NCBI GenBank assembly: GCA_009914755.4
Contig: CP068257.2
Coordinates: 14,400,001-14,464,000, forward strand
DNA: 64,000 bases
DNA from: the human T2T-CHM13v2.0 reference genome, Homo sapiens
Direction: 5' to 3'
Program-made: the position numbers and the translations under genes
In this document: positions 1-13,007 of the stretch, piece after piece
Layout: every line of letters begins with the position of its first letter
Numbering within the stretch: position 1 is the first letter of the stretch
The notes under the pieces: model-generated
Told to the model about the DNA's origin: nothing
What the model saw: the letters and a program-made list of their open reading frames with translations, nothing else
The model's database searches: none

Positions 1-1634
1 TCCTTTTTGTGACACAGTTTGTCTTGCCTTAATTGCTTATTACTACTTAATTGCCATTACTACTAATTGTCCAAATGAATAAGAATGAGAAATGAAAATG
101 AAAAATAAATGAGAAAAAGACATGTGAAATCTCTTCATTCCCATACTCTTATCAGCAAAACAATGTTTCAGGGTTATCTGTTCCCCAACATGGAATTCTT
201 CCTAATTCCCTTTCTGTCAGGCTGAGATTATTTCTTGTGCACATAATTCCTCCTGTGGTCTCATTATTGCTGCAAAATATTTTAAAATATATGTTTCATA
301 GCCTGAAGTATTAGGGAAGTGTCAACCAAACTGCTCCTGGGAAATAAAATGAAGTATATTTGATTTTAAATACTCTTTTTTAAAAACTCTTGCTTGTTCT
401 CAAGCTCTAGTTAGTTGAAATCAGTGTATAGGCAAAACTAACTTTTTTTGGTCTGTTTTGAAAACCACTGTCTTTTTAGAATACAACATCATGTAATTCT
501 GTAGGTTTAAGAAAGATTAAGTATAACATAGCATTTGTATCTTTATATAACTAAATTCTAATTATTAATACTAAAGAATGGGGTTGAGGAGATTTCATTA
601 AGATGAGTCAAAACTTACTCCTATTTTTGTGTTGTTGTTATTGCTTTTGTTTTTGTTTTGTGTAACTTTATCAACCAACAGTATGCACCAACCTCCTTTT
701 GGCAAAACAGTGAACATTATATCTCTCTTAAATGATAGTGCTTTATTATTTGAACTTTTTTCAAAAGACAACGTTATTTTAACATGACGTAACTTAATAT
801 TACTGGAGAGTTTTCATTTTTAGCAGTTTCAGAGCGCTTTATGTTAGGGTTTTATTAATTCCCATAACACATTTATAAAGAAAGCCTTGGAAACAGCCCT
901 TCACCAAGAAACGGTTACCATTCAGGGCTTGCTTCTGTGAGAAAACACCTCACCGAGAGTCTGAAATGACCAGCATTTAGCACCAATAGCCTCACTCCCC
1001 TCTCCCACAGTAATTATTTATGGATGAGCACTTAATGTCAGTATGGCTCACAAATTTGGGGTGAGGTTCTAGAGTTGCTGTCTCACAAAATCTTACATTT
1101 TCTCATTCTTTGCAATAGTTTTGCTATATTTTCTGCAATTGTTCCTATAATTTCTGCAATTTTGTTCCTTGTATTCTTATATGTTTTTTAAAATTTAGTT
1201 TGTGTAGGATTTTTTTCTTTCCAAACCAAGTGGTTTCTGACAAAGACAACCTCAAACTCGGGTAAGAAATCATGTGTTGTATTCCCAGCCCTGTCATAAA
1301 TTTGCAATAATCTTGCCATAAAGAACTAGGTTTTTCTTGTCTCTCCTCCCCAAGTATTATTCATAACTCTACAGCGTTATTTCATCTATATACTCTAATT
1401 TTTTGATCATCTGTCTTCCTTAGAAGAAGCGATTATTTTATTTTTATCACCTTGATATCTTCAGCATCTACTATTGTGGTTGGCTCAATAATGTGTGCTT
1501 GATAACTTTTTGTTGATCAAGAAACAAACCACTGACTATTTGGAGTACAAGTCACTTTATAATTCTTGGATGCAGTTTGCTTAGAAGGAATCAGAATAGA
1601 GAATTTCTAAAGTTTCAACTACTAAAATTTTACC

Positions 1635-1929
<295 letters not shown>

Positions 1930-2256
1930 TTACCATTGATCTCTAGTTTCCTGTGGTTGACATGGACATTTTTGGTTTTCCTTTTCTGTCTTGGATGTTG
2001 TTTTCTGCAGCTAGCCCTTTCTTGTCTTTTGCATGTATTAGGAAACAAAGTCTAGCTTTTTGGATATTCTTTTCTTTGTTTCTGTCTCTCCACATATATT
2101 TATTTTTAGAGGCAGTGTCTATGTTTGGGCTTCTATAACAAAATGCCATAAACTGGATGGCTCATAAACAACAGTTTTTATTACTCACTGTTCTGGAGAC
2201 TGGACGTTTAAGATCGAGGCATTGACAGGGTTGGTGTTTGAAATGTTTCAGCATGC

Positions 2257-2497
2257 AGTGCTAAGGTTTAAGAATTCAGTGCTTCCTTTTAAAGAGTCAC
2301 ATTGGTTTGCAATTAAGTATTAGGAAATGAAGTTCTAATACTGCTTTGATGTAAGCTAGTGTGCTTGGCAATTTCTAAATACATTAAAATTGATTTCAGC
2401 AAGATGATAAAGATTTGTAGAAAAAGGCAATTATGTTTGCAGTGTCACAAATATCTTTTTATTATCCTTTTAGTCATTTCTCCTGAGTGACTAAACG
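2257..2497. repeat. copy A of a ~240-bp dispersed direct duplication (partner at 3012-3255), sitting inside the LTR above
   Basis: ctaaggtttaagaattcagtgcttcc...ttggtttgcaattaagtattaggaaatgaagttctaatactgctttgatgtaagctagtgtgcttggcaatttctaaata...tttgtagaaaaaggcaattat...atatctttttattatccttttagtcatttctc aligns colinearly with 3012-3255 at roughly 80-85% identity by eye. Confidence 0.8.
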
Positions 2498-2520
2498 CAT
2501 TTCTCCTGAGTGACTCAACG
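2474..2520. repeat. 24-bp tandem duplication (x2)
   Basis: tcatttctcctgagtgactaaacg followed by catttctcctgagtgactcaacg. Confidence 0.9.
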
Positions 2521-3011
2521 CATTGGTTGAGTTGGTGTTTGGTGAGGGCCCTTTTCCTGGTTCGTAGGTGGGACCTCTGTGAAAGCTCTTATAGGAGCTT
2601 TCTGGGGCCCCTTTATTAGGGCACTAATCCCAGTCATGAGGGCTCCACCCTCAGAATATAATCACCTCCCTAAAGCCCTACCTCCTAATGCCCTCCCACT
2701 GGGGATTAGGTTTCAACATATGGACTTGAGGAGGACATGTTCTATCTACATAGCAGGTGATTTTTAAAAAATGCTATAGAGGTCCTACCTTTAAAAGAAT
2801 TTAATAAGACCGTTATTTTATAGGTGATTAATACGTGAGATACAAAAATGTAAAAACACTCATGTACTCATCCCCCAGTTTCCACAATTATCAACACGTG
2901 GCTGATTGGACTTCATCTCTACTTTACTCAATCCCCCAGCCCTGCTGGGTAATTTAAAAGCAAATATTAAACATCCTATCAATTAATCTGTAAATATTTT
3001 AGTGTGCAACT

Positions 3012-3255
3012 CTAAGGTTTAAGAATTCAGTGCTTCTCTTTAAAGAATAAAATTGGTTTGTAATAATTTAAGTATTAAAAATGAATTTCTGATATTGCTT
3101 TGTTGTAAACTAGCGTGCTTAGCAATTTCTAAATAGAAAAAAACTAAAATATAATTGAGTTTAGCAAAGTGACAAATATTTGTAGAAAAAGGCAATTATA
3201 GCTAAAGTGTAGCAAATATCTTTTTGTTATCCTTTTAGTCACTTCTCAGTTTCTA
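3012..3255. repeat. copy B of the ~240-bp direct duplication
   Basis: ctaaggtttaagaattcagtgcttctctttaaagaataaaattggtttgtaataatttaagtattaaaaatgaatttctgatattgctttgttgtaaactagcgtgcttagcaatttctaaata...tttgtagaaaaaggcaattatagc...atatctttttgttatccttttagtcacttctc. Confidence 0.8.
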
Positions 3256-5099
3256 GTCTCTTTTTTCAGTGCTTGGCTAAGATCAGTAGAGAACTGCAAC
3301 TCCTCTCAAATGCTATGCATTCCATCCTAGTGGTCTGAGATAATTCTCCAAAAGTTACATCAAACCTTAAACTTTATAGCAAATCTTACTCCTACATAAT
3401 AACATGGATTCATGTTACACTGAGCATAGTCCCTAAGTATTACCCTGGGAAGTCTTCATCCAGCTGTTTCAAATTATTTTCATTTCATACGTCATGTTAA
3501 TAGCAGGGAGGAGACTATTGCTAATGGTTTTTTCTTGGAAATTAATCTGTCAACCTGGTGAAAGTATAATGTTTCAGCAGATAAGAAGGGACCCTTCAGT
3601 TTAACATCCTAAGCATATTAATACACTTAGCAAAAGCATAGCAAGATTAAGTAATCGATTAGAATTTCCATTAAGAATGCGGAAAGAGCACATAGAGCGG
3701 GGGATTAACAGCCCTTCAATGTGATGTAGTCATAAAATGTTTAAAAAATACATTTAGATTTTAGGTAGTGATGGTTGAATTCTAATGATGTGCCTTGGGC
3801 CTGGGGGTAGATGTATATAGGCAGTGTAGTGGCCAGAATTTAATGTAATATTTTATGATGTAATATGCTATACTGAGCCCGCATTTGTGGTGTTGGAATG
3901 GGGGGAGATTTTTCCGGTGAGCCATGTATAAAATAAGCTTATGATTTCTCTGATGGTAGTCACTCAAAGGATTTTCAAAAGTTGTTTTATGACTTTGTAA
4001 TTGAATAAGGGTGCCCAGGATTCACAATGTTTTTTATTAATGAGTTAGGAGAAATCTTCCATTGTGCGAAAACACAGATTTTAATCACAGGTACAGATTG
4101 TTATAGAATCAAAGACAAAGAATGTAATGGTGTATCAGTCCTGGAATGTATAACCTCAAACAGATTGCAATATTTCTCTGCCTTTGGCTGTTAATGTACT
4201 GCTTTCTCCAGCATTGAATATGCCAGATACTTGTTTTTCACTTCTCATCCAATAATTTATTTCATATCCTTTTTAATTCACTCGTCTTTTCACTCTTAAT
4301 GCAACTCTCACACTGTAGCATAAACTTAAAGCTGCCATAAATTACTTTCAATTTTGCATATATATTTTTCATAATTTTAATAGCTTGTGAATAGACTCTA
4401 AGTCAGATACTTATAACATTAGAGTTCAGCAGAGGTGAGCTAATTTTTCTCTTGTGATATATGGATAGATCTCCAGTACAGATAATGGTTATATTTCTAT
4501 CTTTTATCTCTATCTGTAGCAACAGATACTCCCTCCAGATATTTTTCACTGTATACCTCAAAAACTTATTATATTTTTGGATTATTAGGCCTCCTACTGT
4601 AAAGGAGTATAAAATAGAGAAATCTTATTGTACTGAGAAAGAGGCAGATCTTAAATGTCAGAAGGGAAGATGTCATTACTCTTTCCCATCCTTAGGTACC
4701 AAAAGCGGATGCTTATTAATAGATAAAAAGTAGAGTGTTCCTAATACATATTAAGAATTAGGCAAATAAAAATGAAAATTGTTTTCCCACTTACACAGTA
4801 ATTCCACTTCAGAGAATCTAAGGAAAACAGATAAGGGAGAAAAATTGAAGCACAGGATAAGTTAATTACAGAATTTTTATGATAGCACAGAATGAAAATG
4901 TCCTAAATGTTTCATTAAAAGTATTAATAAATGGTTCAGTAATGACAAGTAAATTTTGGAACACATATTCAATTTGCTATAGAGGTATATATTAATTACT
5001 CATTTAAAATGACAAGAAAAGTTATGTAATTTTATGGAAATTGCTAAAGATGGGATAATTACTATTATAGAAAACATCCACAAGACCTTAGACAAGCAA

Positions 5100-7275
5100 A
5101 ACAAAAATATGTTGATAAAGACTCAAATCTAAAACCTCAATCTATGAAACTACTACAAGAAAACATTGGGGAAAATCTCCAGGGCATTGGTCTGGGCAAA
5201 GATTTCTTGAGCAATACCCCACAAACACAGACAACCAAAGCAAAAATGGACAAACAGGATTACATCAAGTTTAAAAGCTTTTGCACAGCAAAGAAAACAA
5301 TCAACAAACTGAAGAGACAACCTACAGAGTGGGATAAAATATTTGCAAGTTGCCCATCTAGCAAAGGACTAATGACCAGAACATATAAGGAGCTCAAACA
5401 ACTCTATAGGAAAAAATCTAAAAATTCAATCAAAAAGTGGACAAAAAATTTGAACAGACATTTCTCAAAAGAAGACATACAAATGGCAAACAGGCGTATG
5501 AAAAGGTGCTCAACATCATTGATAATCAGAGAAATGCAAATCAGTACTACAATGAGACATTATCTCACCCCGTTAATATGGCTAATATCCAAAAGGCAAC
5601 AACAAATGCTAATATCCAAAAGGCAATAACAAACGCTATTATCCAAAAGGTAATAACAAACGCTTATATCCAAAAGGCAATAACAAACGCTAATATCCAA
5701 AAGGCAATAACAAACGCTAATATCCAAAAGGTAATAACAAACGCTTATACCCAAAAGGCAATAACAAACGCTAATATCCAAAAGGCAATAACAAACGCTA
5801 ATATCCAAAAGGTAATAACAAAAGCTTATATCCAAAAGGCAATTACAAACGCTAATATCCAAAAGGCAGTAACAAACGCTTATATCCAAAAGGCAATAAC
5901 AAATGCTAATATCCAAAAGGCAATAACAAACGCTTATATCCAAAAGGCAGTAACAAACGCTTATATCCAAAAGGCAATAACAAATGCTAATATCCAAAAG
6001 GTAATAACAAACGCTTATATCCAAAAGGCAATAACAAACGCTAATATCCAAAAGGCAACAACAAACGCTTATATCCAAAAGGCAATAACAAACGCTAATA
6101 TCCAAAAGGTAATAACAAACACTTATATCCAAAAGGCAGTAACAAACGCTAATATCCAAAAGGCAATAACAAACGCTTATATCCAAAAGGCAATAACAAA
6201 CGCTTATATCCAAAAGGCAGTAACAAATGCCTGTATCCAAAAGGTAATAACAAATGCTTATATTCAAAAGGCAATAACAAACGCTTATATCCAAAAGGCA
6301 ATAACAAACGCTTGTATCCAAAAGGCAATAACACATGCTTATATCCAAAAGACAATAACAAACGCTTATATCCAAAAGGCAATAACAAATGCCTGTATCC
6401 AAAAGGTAATAACAAACGCTTATATCCAAAAGGTAATAACAAATACTTGTGAGGATGTGGAGGAAAGAAAACCTTTGTACACTGTTGGTGAGAATGTAAA
6501 TTAGTACAACCACTATTGAGAAGAGTTTGGAGGTTCCTCAACAAATCTAAAAATTGAGCTACCATATAATTCAGCAATCCCACTGCTGGGTATATATCCA
6601 AAAGAAAGGAAATCAGTATATCGAAGAGACACTGTACTCCTACATTTGTTGCAGCACTGTTTACAATAGCTAAGATTTGGAGGCAACCTAAGTGTCCATC
6701 AACCGATACATGGATAAAAAAAATGTGGTACATATACACAGTGGAGTACTATTTAGCCATAAAAAAGAATGAGATCCAGTCATTTGCAACAATAACATGG
6801 ATGGAACTGGAGATCATTATGTTAAGTAAAAAAAGCCAGGCATAGAAAGACAAACATTGCATGTTCTCACTTATTTATGGGATCTAAAAAAGCAATTGAA
6901 TTCATGGACATAGAGAGTAGAAGGATGGTTACCAAAGGGTGGCAAAGCTACTGGGGGTTGGTATAGTTAATAGCTACAGAAAAGAAGTACTTAGAAAGAA
7001 TGAATAAGGCCTACTATTTGATAGCATAATAGGTTGACGATAGTCAATTACGACTTAATTTTACATTTTATAATAACTTAAAGACTAAAATTGGATTGTT
7101 CTTAACTCAAAGAATAAATGCTTGTGGGATGTATTATTACCCCAATGCTATTATTACCATTTTCCATGATGTGCTTATTTCACATTCCATACCTGTATCA
7201 AACATCTCATGTACCCTATAAACATATACATCTACTCTGTACCCACAAAAATTTAAAAAATATGTATTGAAAAAA
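5100..7275 (+). mobile_element. L1 LINE 3' fragment (ORF2 C-terminal region plus 3' UTR), older primate subfamily, interrupted by the minisatellite
   Basis: ORF 5144-5629 translates to ...KLLQENIGENL...KFKSFCTAKKTINKLKRQPTEWDKIFA...[35 protein letters not shown], which is recognisable L1 ORF2. Downstream, ggaggttcctcaacaaatctaaaaattgagctaccatataattcagcaatcccactgctgggtatatatccaaaagaa...aatgtggtacatatacacagtggagtactatttagccataaaaaagaatgag matches the L1 ORF2 end. The 3' UTR-like tail ends near acccacaaaaatttaaaaaatatg. Confidence 0.85.
5578..6447. repeat. 27-bp minisatellite (VNTR-type), ~32 copies, unit gctaatatccaaaaggcaataacaaac with a/t and g/c variants
   Basis: Period counted directly. 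aatatcc recurs at 5584, 5611 and so on, which is 27 bp. The unit derives from the L1 ORF2 codons that flank it on both sides. Because 27 is a multiple of 3, the array creates long stop-free frames on both strands: 5437-6504 +, 5560-6513 - and 6149-6739 -. Confidence 0.95.
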
Positions 7276-8162
7276 TTTTTTAAGCATTTATAGTGGTTGC
7301 ATTTGGTGATAATACAATGGTGGTTTATTTCTCCTATTTGCTGTGTTTTCTCAGTTTTTGATTACACAGATGCAGCACCACTACTTAAACCATGTCTTGG
7401 GAAAGGTTAAACAACTTAATGTAAGTTAGTGACATCCTGTAAGCTTAATTCAATTTATGTGACCTAAAACAGCATTCTGCTATGAGAAAGAAATGTAATT
7501 AATTATTTTGAGATATATGTTGTAGCTATTATACAGTAATAAAATGTTAGTGAGAGAAGCTAGGTGTGGTGGGATACACTTATTTATTGTAAAATTCCTT
7601 CAACTTTATTGAAAGCTTGAAATATTTTATGATACAATGTTAGGGAGGAACAACAAAAATATGCTCTGAGTTTCTGACAACCACCTTACAGTTAAGCTTT
7701 CAGAGCATCATTTCTACGCAAGTCGGAGGCAGTCAGTATAAGGTCCATTATTCATTCGTAATTCTGTTTTTCCTGGTATAATCTAATTAGATGTGACATA
7801 GTCAAATATTGGGGGTTATACAAATTGATCTGTTAATATGTAATTTTTTTCTTGTGCTTATGGCCATTTTTACTCTAAGTTTGATTCTATGGGTTAACTA
7901 TAATATTTTATTACTCATTCTCCTAAATATTATCTCTTCTATTATCTGCCCTTAAAATTTCTTAATATGTTGATGTAATATTTGAATAATTTATTTATAG
8001 GGAAACAAAAGTACATTTTTCATAAATAATATTACTATGTATATAGTAATAGAAGTCTATGTATTCACATGTATGTAATATATATTTTTTCCTTACCACA
8101 GTGCTGTTTTATATTTTTAAATAACCTAAAGTTTTTTTTTCTTTTTTTTTTCTTTATTATTA

Positions 8163-8275
8163 TTATACTTTAAGTTTTAGGGTACATGTGCACAATGTGC
8201 AGGTTAGTTACATATGTATACATGTGCCATGCTGGTGCGCTGCACCCACTAACTCATCATCTAGCATATGTAATA
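8163..8275 (-). mobile_element. short L1 3'-end fragment, antisense
   Basis: ctttaagttttagggtacatgtgcacaatgtgcaggttagttacatatgtatacatgtgccatgctggtgcgctgcacccactaactcatcatctagcatat is the reverse complement of the L1 3'-terminal region (...atgctagatgacgagttagtgggtgcagcgcaccagcatggcacatgtatacatatgtaactaacctgcacattgtgcacatgtaccctaaaacttaaag). Confidence 0.65.
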
Positions 8276-9589
8276 TATTATGTGTTATATAGTTATACAA
8301 TTAAACATTATTAAGAAGATGGTAACCAGCTGTTCTCCTTCTTCAGTGATGCAACAGAGCTAGAATGAATGGGGCTGGGAAAAATATAAAGCAGAAAGAA
8401 TTTCATTATGCACATGTATTTAATTTGGGAACAATACATGTTTCAGTGAAATGATTGTGTGTATGTATATGTATAATATAGGAATATAGAAATAATTGCC
8501 TTGAGAAGGTCTATTTGAAAATGCATATGTACTAAGTTAACCTAAAATATAAAAATTTTCTTTTTATGAGCTCATGAACTGTAAAAGGCTACAGGCAATA
8601 TATATTTATTATCCTGCTATCAGGATATTAATAAGATAAAATATAGATCACTTCAGGTGTGTGTTTCCTTTGTAAATTTTTAAATTTTAGCATTTTTTAA
8701 AGCACATGGATTAAAAAGGTGAATTAAGCTAATTTCATCAAGGAGACAGAAGATCTATGCAAAGCCTCCTAGAGTAGTCTTTCTGAACTGACATTTTTCT
8801 TTGGTCAATATTTGCTGCTAACTTTTAGATCAATCCTTTGAAATTATACATTTGTTGGGATTTTTCTTTGGTCAACATAGTGACAGGAAATGAACCAATG
8901 ATATAAATTTATGTTTAACTTTCCTAAATTCAACTTTATCTAGAGACTTCCTTTTGGTTCCTTGCTTATAAACATATCCCCTTGAAGTTATTTACAGTTT
9001 AACTATCATTATGATAAAAATCCTTCTACTTATCAAAAAATATTTTATATATACAGAGCTAATGAAATATATCGCCTCTGTGTGTACAAAATATGAAAGT
9101 TAATATGTAATGCAAAATATATTTCTGTTAACATTAAATCAGATTACAAGTAATAGAAAAATCCAAATAGTGGTGATTTAAACAAGACAGAATTGTATTT
9201 CTTCCTCAAATTTATGAAGCAGAGAGATAATTTCAGGCTCGTTTTGGTGTTCAAAAGACACTGAAATTCCTTTCATCTTGTTCTGTTATATATGGTTTCC
9301 ACTGTAAAGGTTAACTCTTAATCCAAGATAACTGCTGAAGTTCCAGCCATTGCATCTGCATTTCAGCCATCAGGATGGAAGAAGGCAGAAGGGCATGCCC
9401 CTTTTATTTTAAGGCACACTTCCTGAAATTTTTACAGAACACCTCAGTTTATATTTTATTAGCCAGAAGTTAGTCACATAGTCACACGTAGCTATACAAT
9501 AGACTGTCAAATGTAGTCTTTATTTCATCTGGCTATGCACCAACCTGAAAATCATGGTTACCTCACTGTGGTAGACAAAACAGTAGCCT

Positions 9590-10010
9590 CCCAAAGATGT
9601 CCATGTCTTAATAATTTTACAGAGCAAGAGAGACTTTGCTAATGTGATTATATTAAGAATCTTGAGACAAGAAGATTATCCTGGATTGCACAGAAGGCCC
9701 AGTATAATCACCAGGGTCTTTAAAAGAGTGAAGTTCAGAGGAGATGGGATGATGGAAGCAGAGATTGGAGTGAAGTGTGTGAAGATGGAGAAGGACGTAA
9801 AAACCTAAAGAATGCAGGTGACCTCTAGAAGCTGGAAAAGAAAAGGAAACAGATTCTTCCTGAAAGTCTTTGGAAGGAACCAGTCCTACAAACACTTTAA
9901 TTTTAGTTCTTTAAGATGCATTTAGATTTTCAACTACCAGAATTGCAAGAGAATAAATGTGTATTACTTTTAGCCACCAAATTTGTACTAAATTTCTATA
10001 GGAACAGAAG
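9590..10010 (+). mobile_element. MaLR-type LTR-like ancient repeat (MLT1-like)
   Basis: caaagatgtccatgtcttaat...gattatcctggattgcacagaaggcccagtataatcaccagggtctttaaaagag...ctctagaagctggaaaagaaaaggaaacagattcttcc...ctaccagaattgcaagagaataaatgtgtattacttttagccaccaaatttgtactaa is the stereotyped LTR architecture shared with 11025-11545. Confidence 0.45.
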
Positions 10011-10029
10011 AAAATAAATATACTTATGA

Positions 10030-10408
<379 letters not shown>

Positions 10409-11024
10409 TACTCTACCATACATTTTCAGTGGCATATCCATAATTTTGGTCCTTGAATCTATCTATAGTTTTTTCATATTTGGATTCAGCAGTCAAGTGT
10501 CATTGGCAAGTGGGTAAGAACTCTAAACAGGCTGCCTAAGTACATAGGGCTCAGTTTAAGCACTTGGTAATTGAGAACATCTATTACACAGCCACCAGTA
10601 CTGTGGGAGAAGGCCTCCCTCAAGTGCTTTGTCTAGTATTTGCATGCATATTCCCTCAATCCTAGCATACAACAATCAAGTAGTAAGGCCTGGAATTGAG
10701 GCCAGAGAGAAAGAGAGAACAAAAAACCTGGGTGTGTTGAGGAGGAGGTCCCAGAGAGTGGCCTGTCTCTATTTGATGTCCTGGTCCTTTCTCTTAGTGC
10801 CTGGTAGTCTGTCTCCTAGGTCTCCCCATCTGTCTGAGTTCACCCTCCATTGCCACTTCTCAGGTTGATGATTTCTGTCTGATTATCTCACCACTCATGC
10901 TGATCACTGCTTTCTAAAGGGGATTTTGGTGTTGTTCTTGACCCTAGATTATTCTTCAACTCAAGTTTTATACATTGGCTGAGTATTAATTTTCTTTTGT
11001 TAATTTGAGACTTGCCCTCTGTAG

Positions 11025-11545
11025 TAGATAGAATAACGTTCCCCCAAAGATGTCCATGTTCTAATCCCCAGAACCTGGAAGTATGTTGCATTATGTGGCA
11101 AAGGAGATTTAGAATTGCATATACAATTAAGGATGCTAATCAGCATATGCTGAGATTACCTTGGATTTTATCTGAGTGGGCCCATTGTAATCACAAAGCC
11201 TTAAAAATAGAAGAGGGAGGTGGAAGGTTTCAGCATATGAGGGAGATATAACTAGAGAAGAACGATCTGTGAGATGCAACACTCCTGGGTTTGAATCTGG
11301 AGGAAGAGGCCACCAGCCAGGGCATGTGGGTGCCCTCTAGAATGTGGAAAAGACAAGGAAACAAATTCTTCCTTAGAGCCTCCAGAAGAAACACAGCACT
11401 GCCAACACTTTGATATTAGCTCACAAAAACCCATTTTGAACTTCTCACTTCCAAAACTGTGAGATGATAAATTTGGCTTGTTTTAAGCCAATAAATTTGC
11501 AAACATTTGTTACAGCAGCAATGGGAAACTAATGATATATCCGCC
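11025..11545 (+). mobile_element. MaLR-type LTR-like ancient repeat (MLT1-like)
   Basis: cccaaagatgtccatgttctaatccccagaacctggaagtatgttgcattatgtggcaaaggagatttagaattgcatatacaattaaggatgctaatcag...cttggattttatctgagtgggcccattgtaatcacaaagcc...ccctctagaatgtggaaaagacaaggaaacaaattcttcc...ttccaaaactgtgagatgataaatttggcttgttttaagccaataaatttgcaaacatttgttacagcagcaatgggaaactaat. These are classic MaLR LTR landmarks: lower-jaw motifs ending in actaat. Confidence 0.5.
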
Positions 11546-12788
11546 AACCTGTTTAAAAAAAAAAGACTTGAGAGATTAGAGGTTAAAGCACTGAATAAGA
11601 GGAGACATTTATGGGAGAGAAAAAAAATCCCTCTAACGGAAGCAGAGGCAGCACAATTTATAACACTTGTGCAACAAATTTTGCTTCACATTTTCTGGCA
11701 TCAAAGGCAAAAAGAGAAAGATCTTTGGTTACATAGTTTTCATTATCTGATGACAGCATATAAATGCACCTGAAAATGTAGCATTTTTCTTCCAAATGTA
11801 CTAGAACTGAGATTCATTGAAGTGTCCTTGCTTAGAAGACACTGGCAAAACTGAGGGCCATTCTTTGAACCATGGTTTAGGAAAAGATAGAGTTTCCACT
11901 GGCTCCTAAGGGAGCAAAGACTGTGTTGTGATTTTGAGGTCATCTGAGAGAGGCTCCAGTTATGTATGCAGAGATTTTGCTTTTTGAAAGTCTTAATGTA
12001 GAGATATCTCCTGAAAGAAGTAGCTGAAAGAAAAGTTAATTTAGCTGATTAAACACCAATTTTCTGATTGCAAGGAGAGTAAAGCAGCTGTGTTCTCCTT
12101 TGGAGAAGAGGTCTTTTAGACAGAGACAGGCTTTAATGAACTTGAATAAGTCCTGTTTTAGGCAAATCTCAGTGAAGAAGAAAAGTAAGGGTTCAACAAA
12201 GAGGTAAGTTCAGGGCTGCCATTCCTCATCACAGCAGGCAAGGTAGCCTGGATCACTGCTGCCAGGAGGGGGATGCTGCCCACAACCGCGGCCCCTTTCC
12301 TATCTGCCAAGGGTAGGAACCCAAGTCCCAGCAGGTGAAGCAGAACTGAATTGAATAATTGTCATATATAACTGCTTTATATATAATGCTGCAAGCTTTA
12401 TCCACTCCAGGCCAGAGTTGGATGGTATGAAAAAAGAAAGTGTAATTGCATAGTGGTGGCTTTCTATTGAGACACTTGGATGGATGCTAATATCAGCAAC
12501 CTGTTACCAAGATAAACAGTTAAAAAAAAAAATAAGTCCTGGAAGAGTTAACATTGCTCTCAAAATTCAGAGTTGTAAGATAACCTTTAGCCAAACTCTA
12601 CCTTGTTGATTCAGTCGAGAATCACACGTTTTCCATAAGATTGGTGGGAGGCTGTCAATGCAAGAGCCAGATTTGCATCTGTTTCCCGAACTATATCTGC
12701 CTTAGAAGATTTCACAGCAGGGACCAGTTTATCTCATATGTATTTTTAATGCTAAAAGAATTTTAAAGTTTTCTCAGTTTTTTTTTAA

Positions 12789-13007
<219 letters not shown>

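Larger units (their letters stand above)
2121..2755 (-). mobile_element. ERVL-MaLR-type LTR (MLT1/MST-like), split by a ~275-bp insert at 2255-2528
   Basis: ctataacaaaatgccataaactggatggctcataaacaacag...ttctggagactggacgtttaagatcgaggc at the left. At the right, after the insert, ggcactaatcccagtcatgagggctccaccctcagaat...ctcctaatgccctcccactggggattaggtttcaacatatggacttgagg. These are the canonical motifs of MaLR LTRs in reverse-complement orientation. Strand is by analogy with THE1 and is uncertain. Confidence 0.5.

Noticed and set aside
5144-5629. 161-aa ORF with clear protein similarity
   Set aside because: The similarity is to L1 ORF2 (...KFKSFCTAKKTINKLKRQPTEWDKIFA...[26 protein letters not shown]...). 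It is a decayed retrotransposon fragment, not a host gene.
5437-6739. Longest ORFs in the window: 355 aa (+), 317 aa (-) and 196 aa (-), looking like repeat-containing proteins
   Set aside because: All three lie on the 27-bp minisatellite. A period divisible by 3 keeps every frame open. The peptides are pure nonapeptide repeats (ITNANIQKA, CYCLLDISV, LLPFGYKRL) and the array is embedded in an L1 ORF2 remnant. They are artefacts, not genes.
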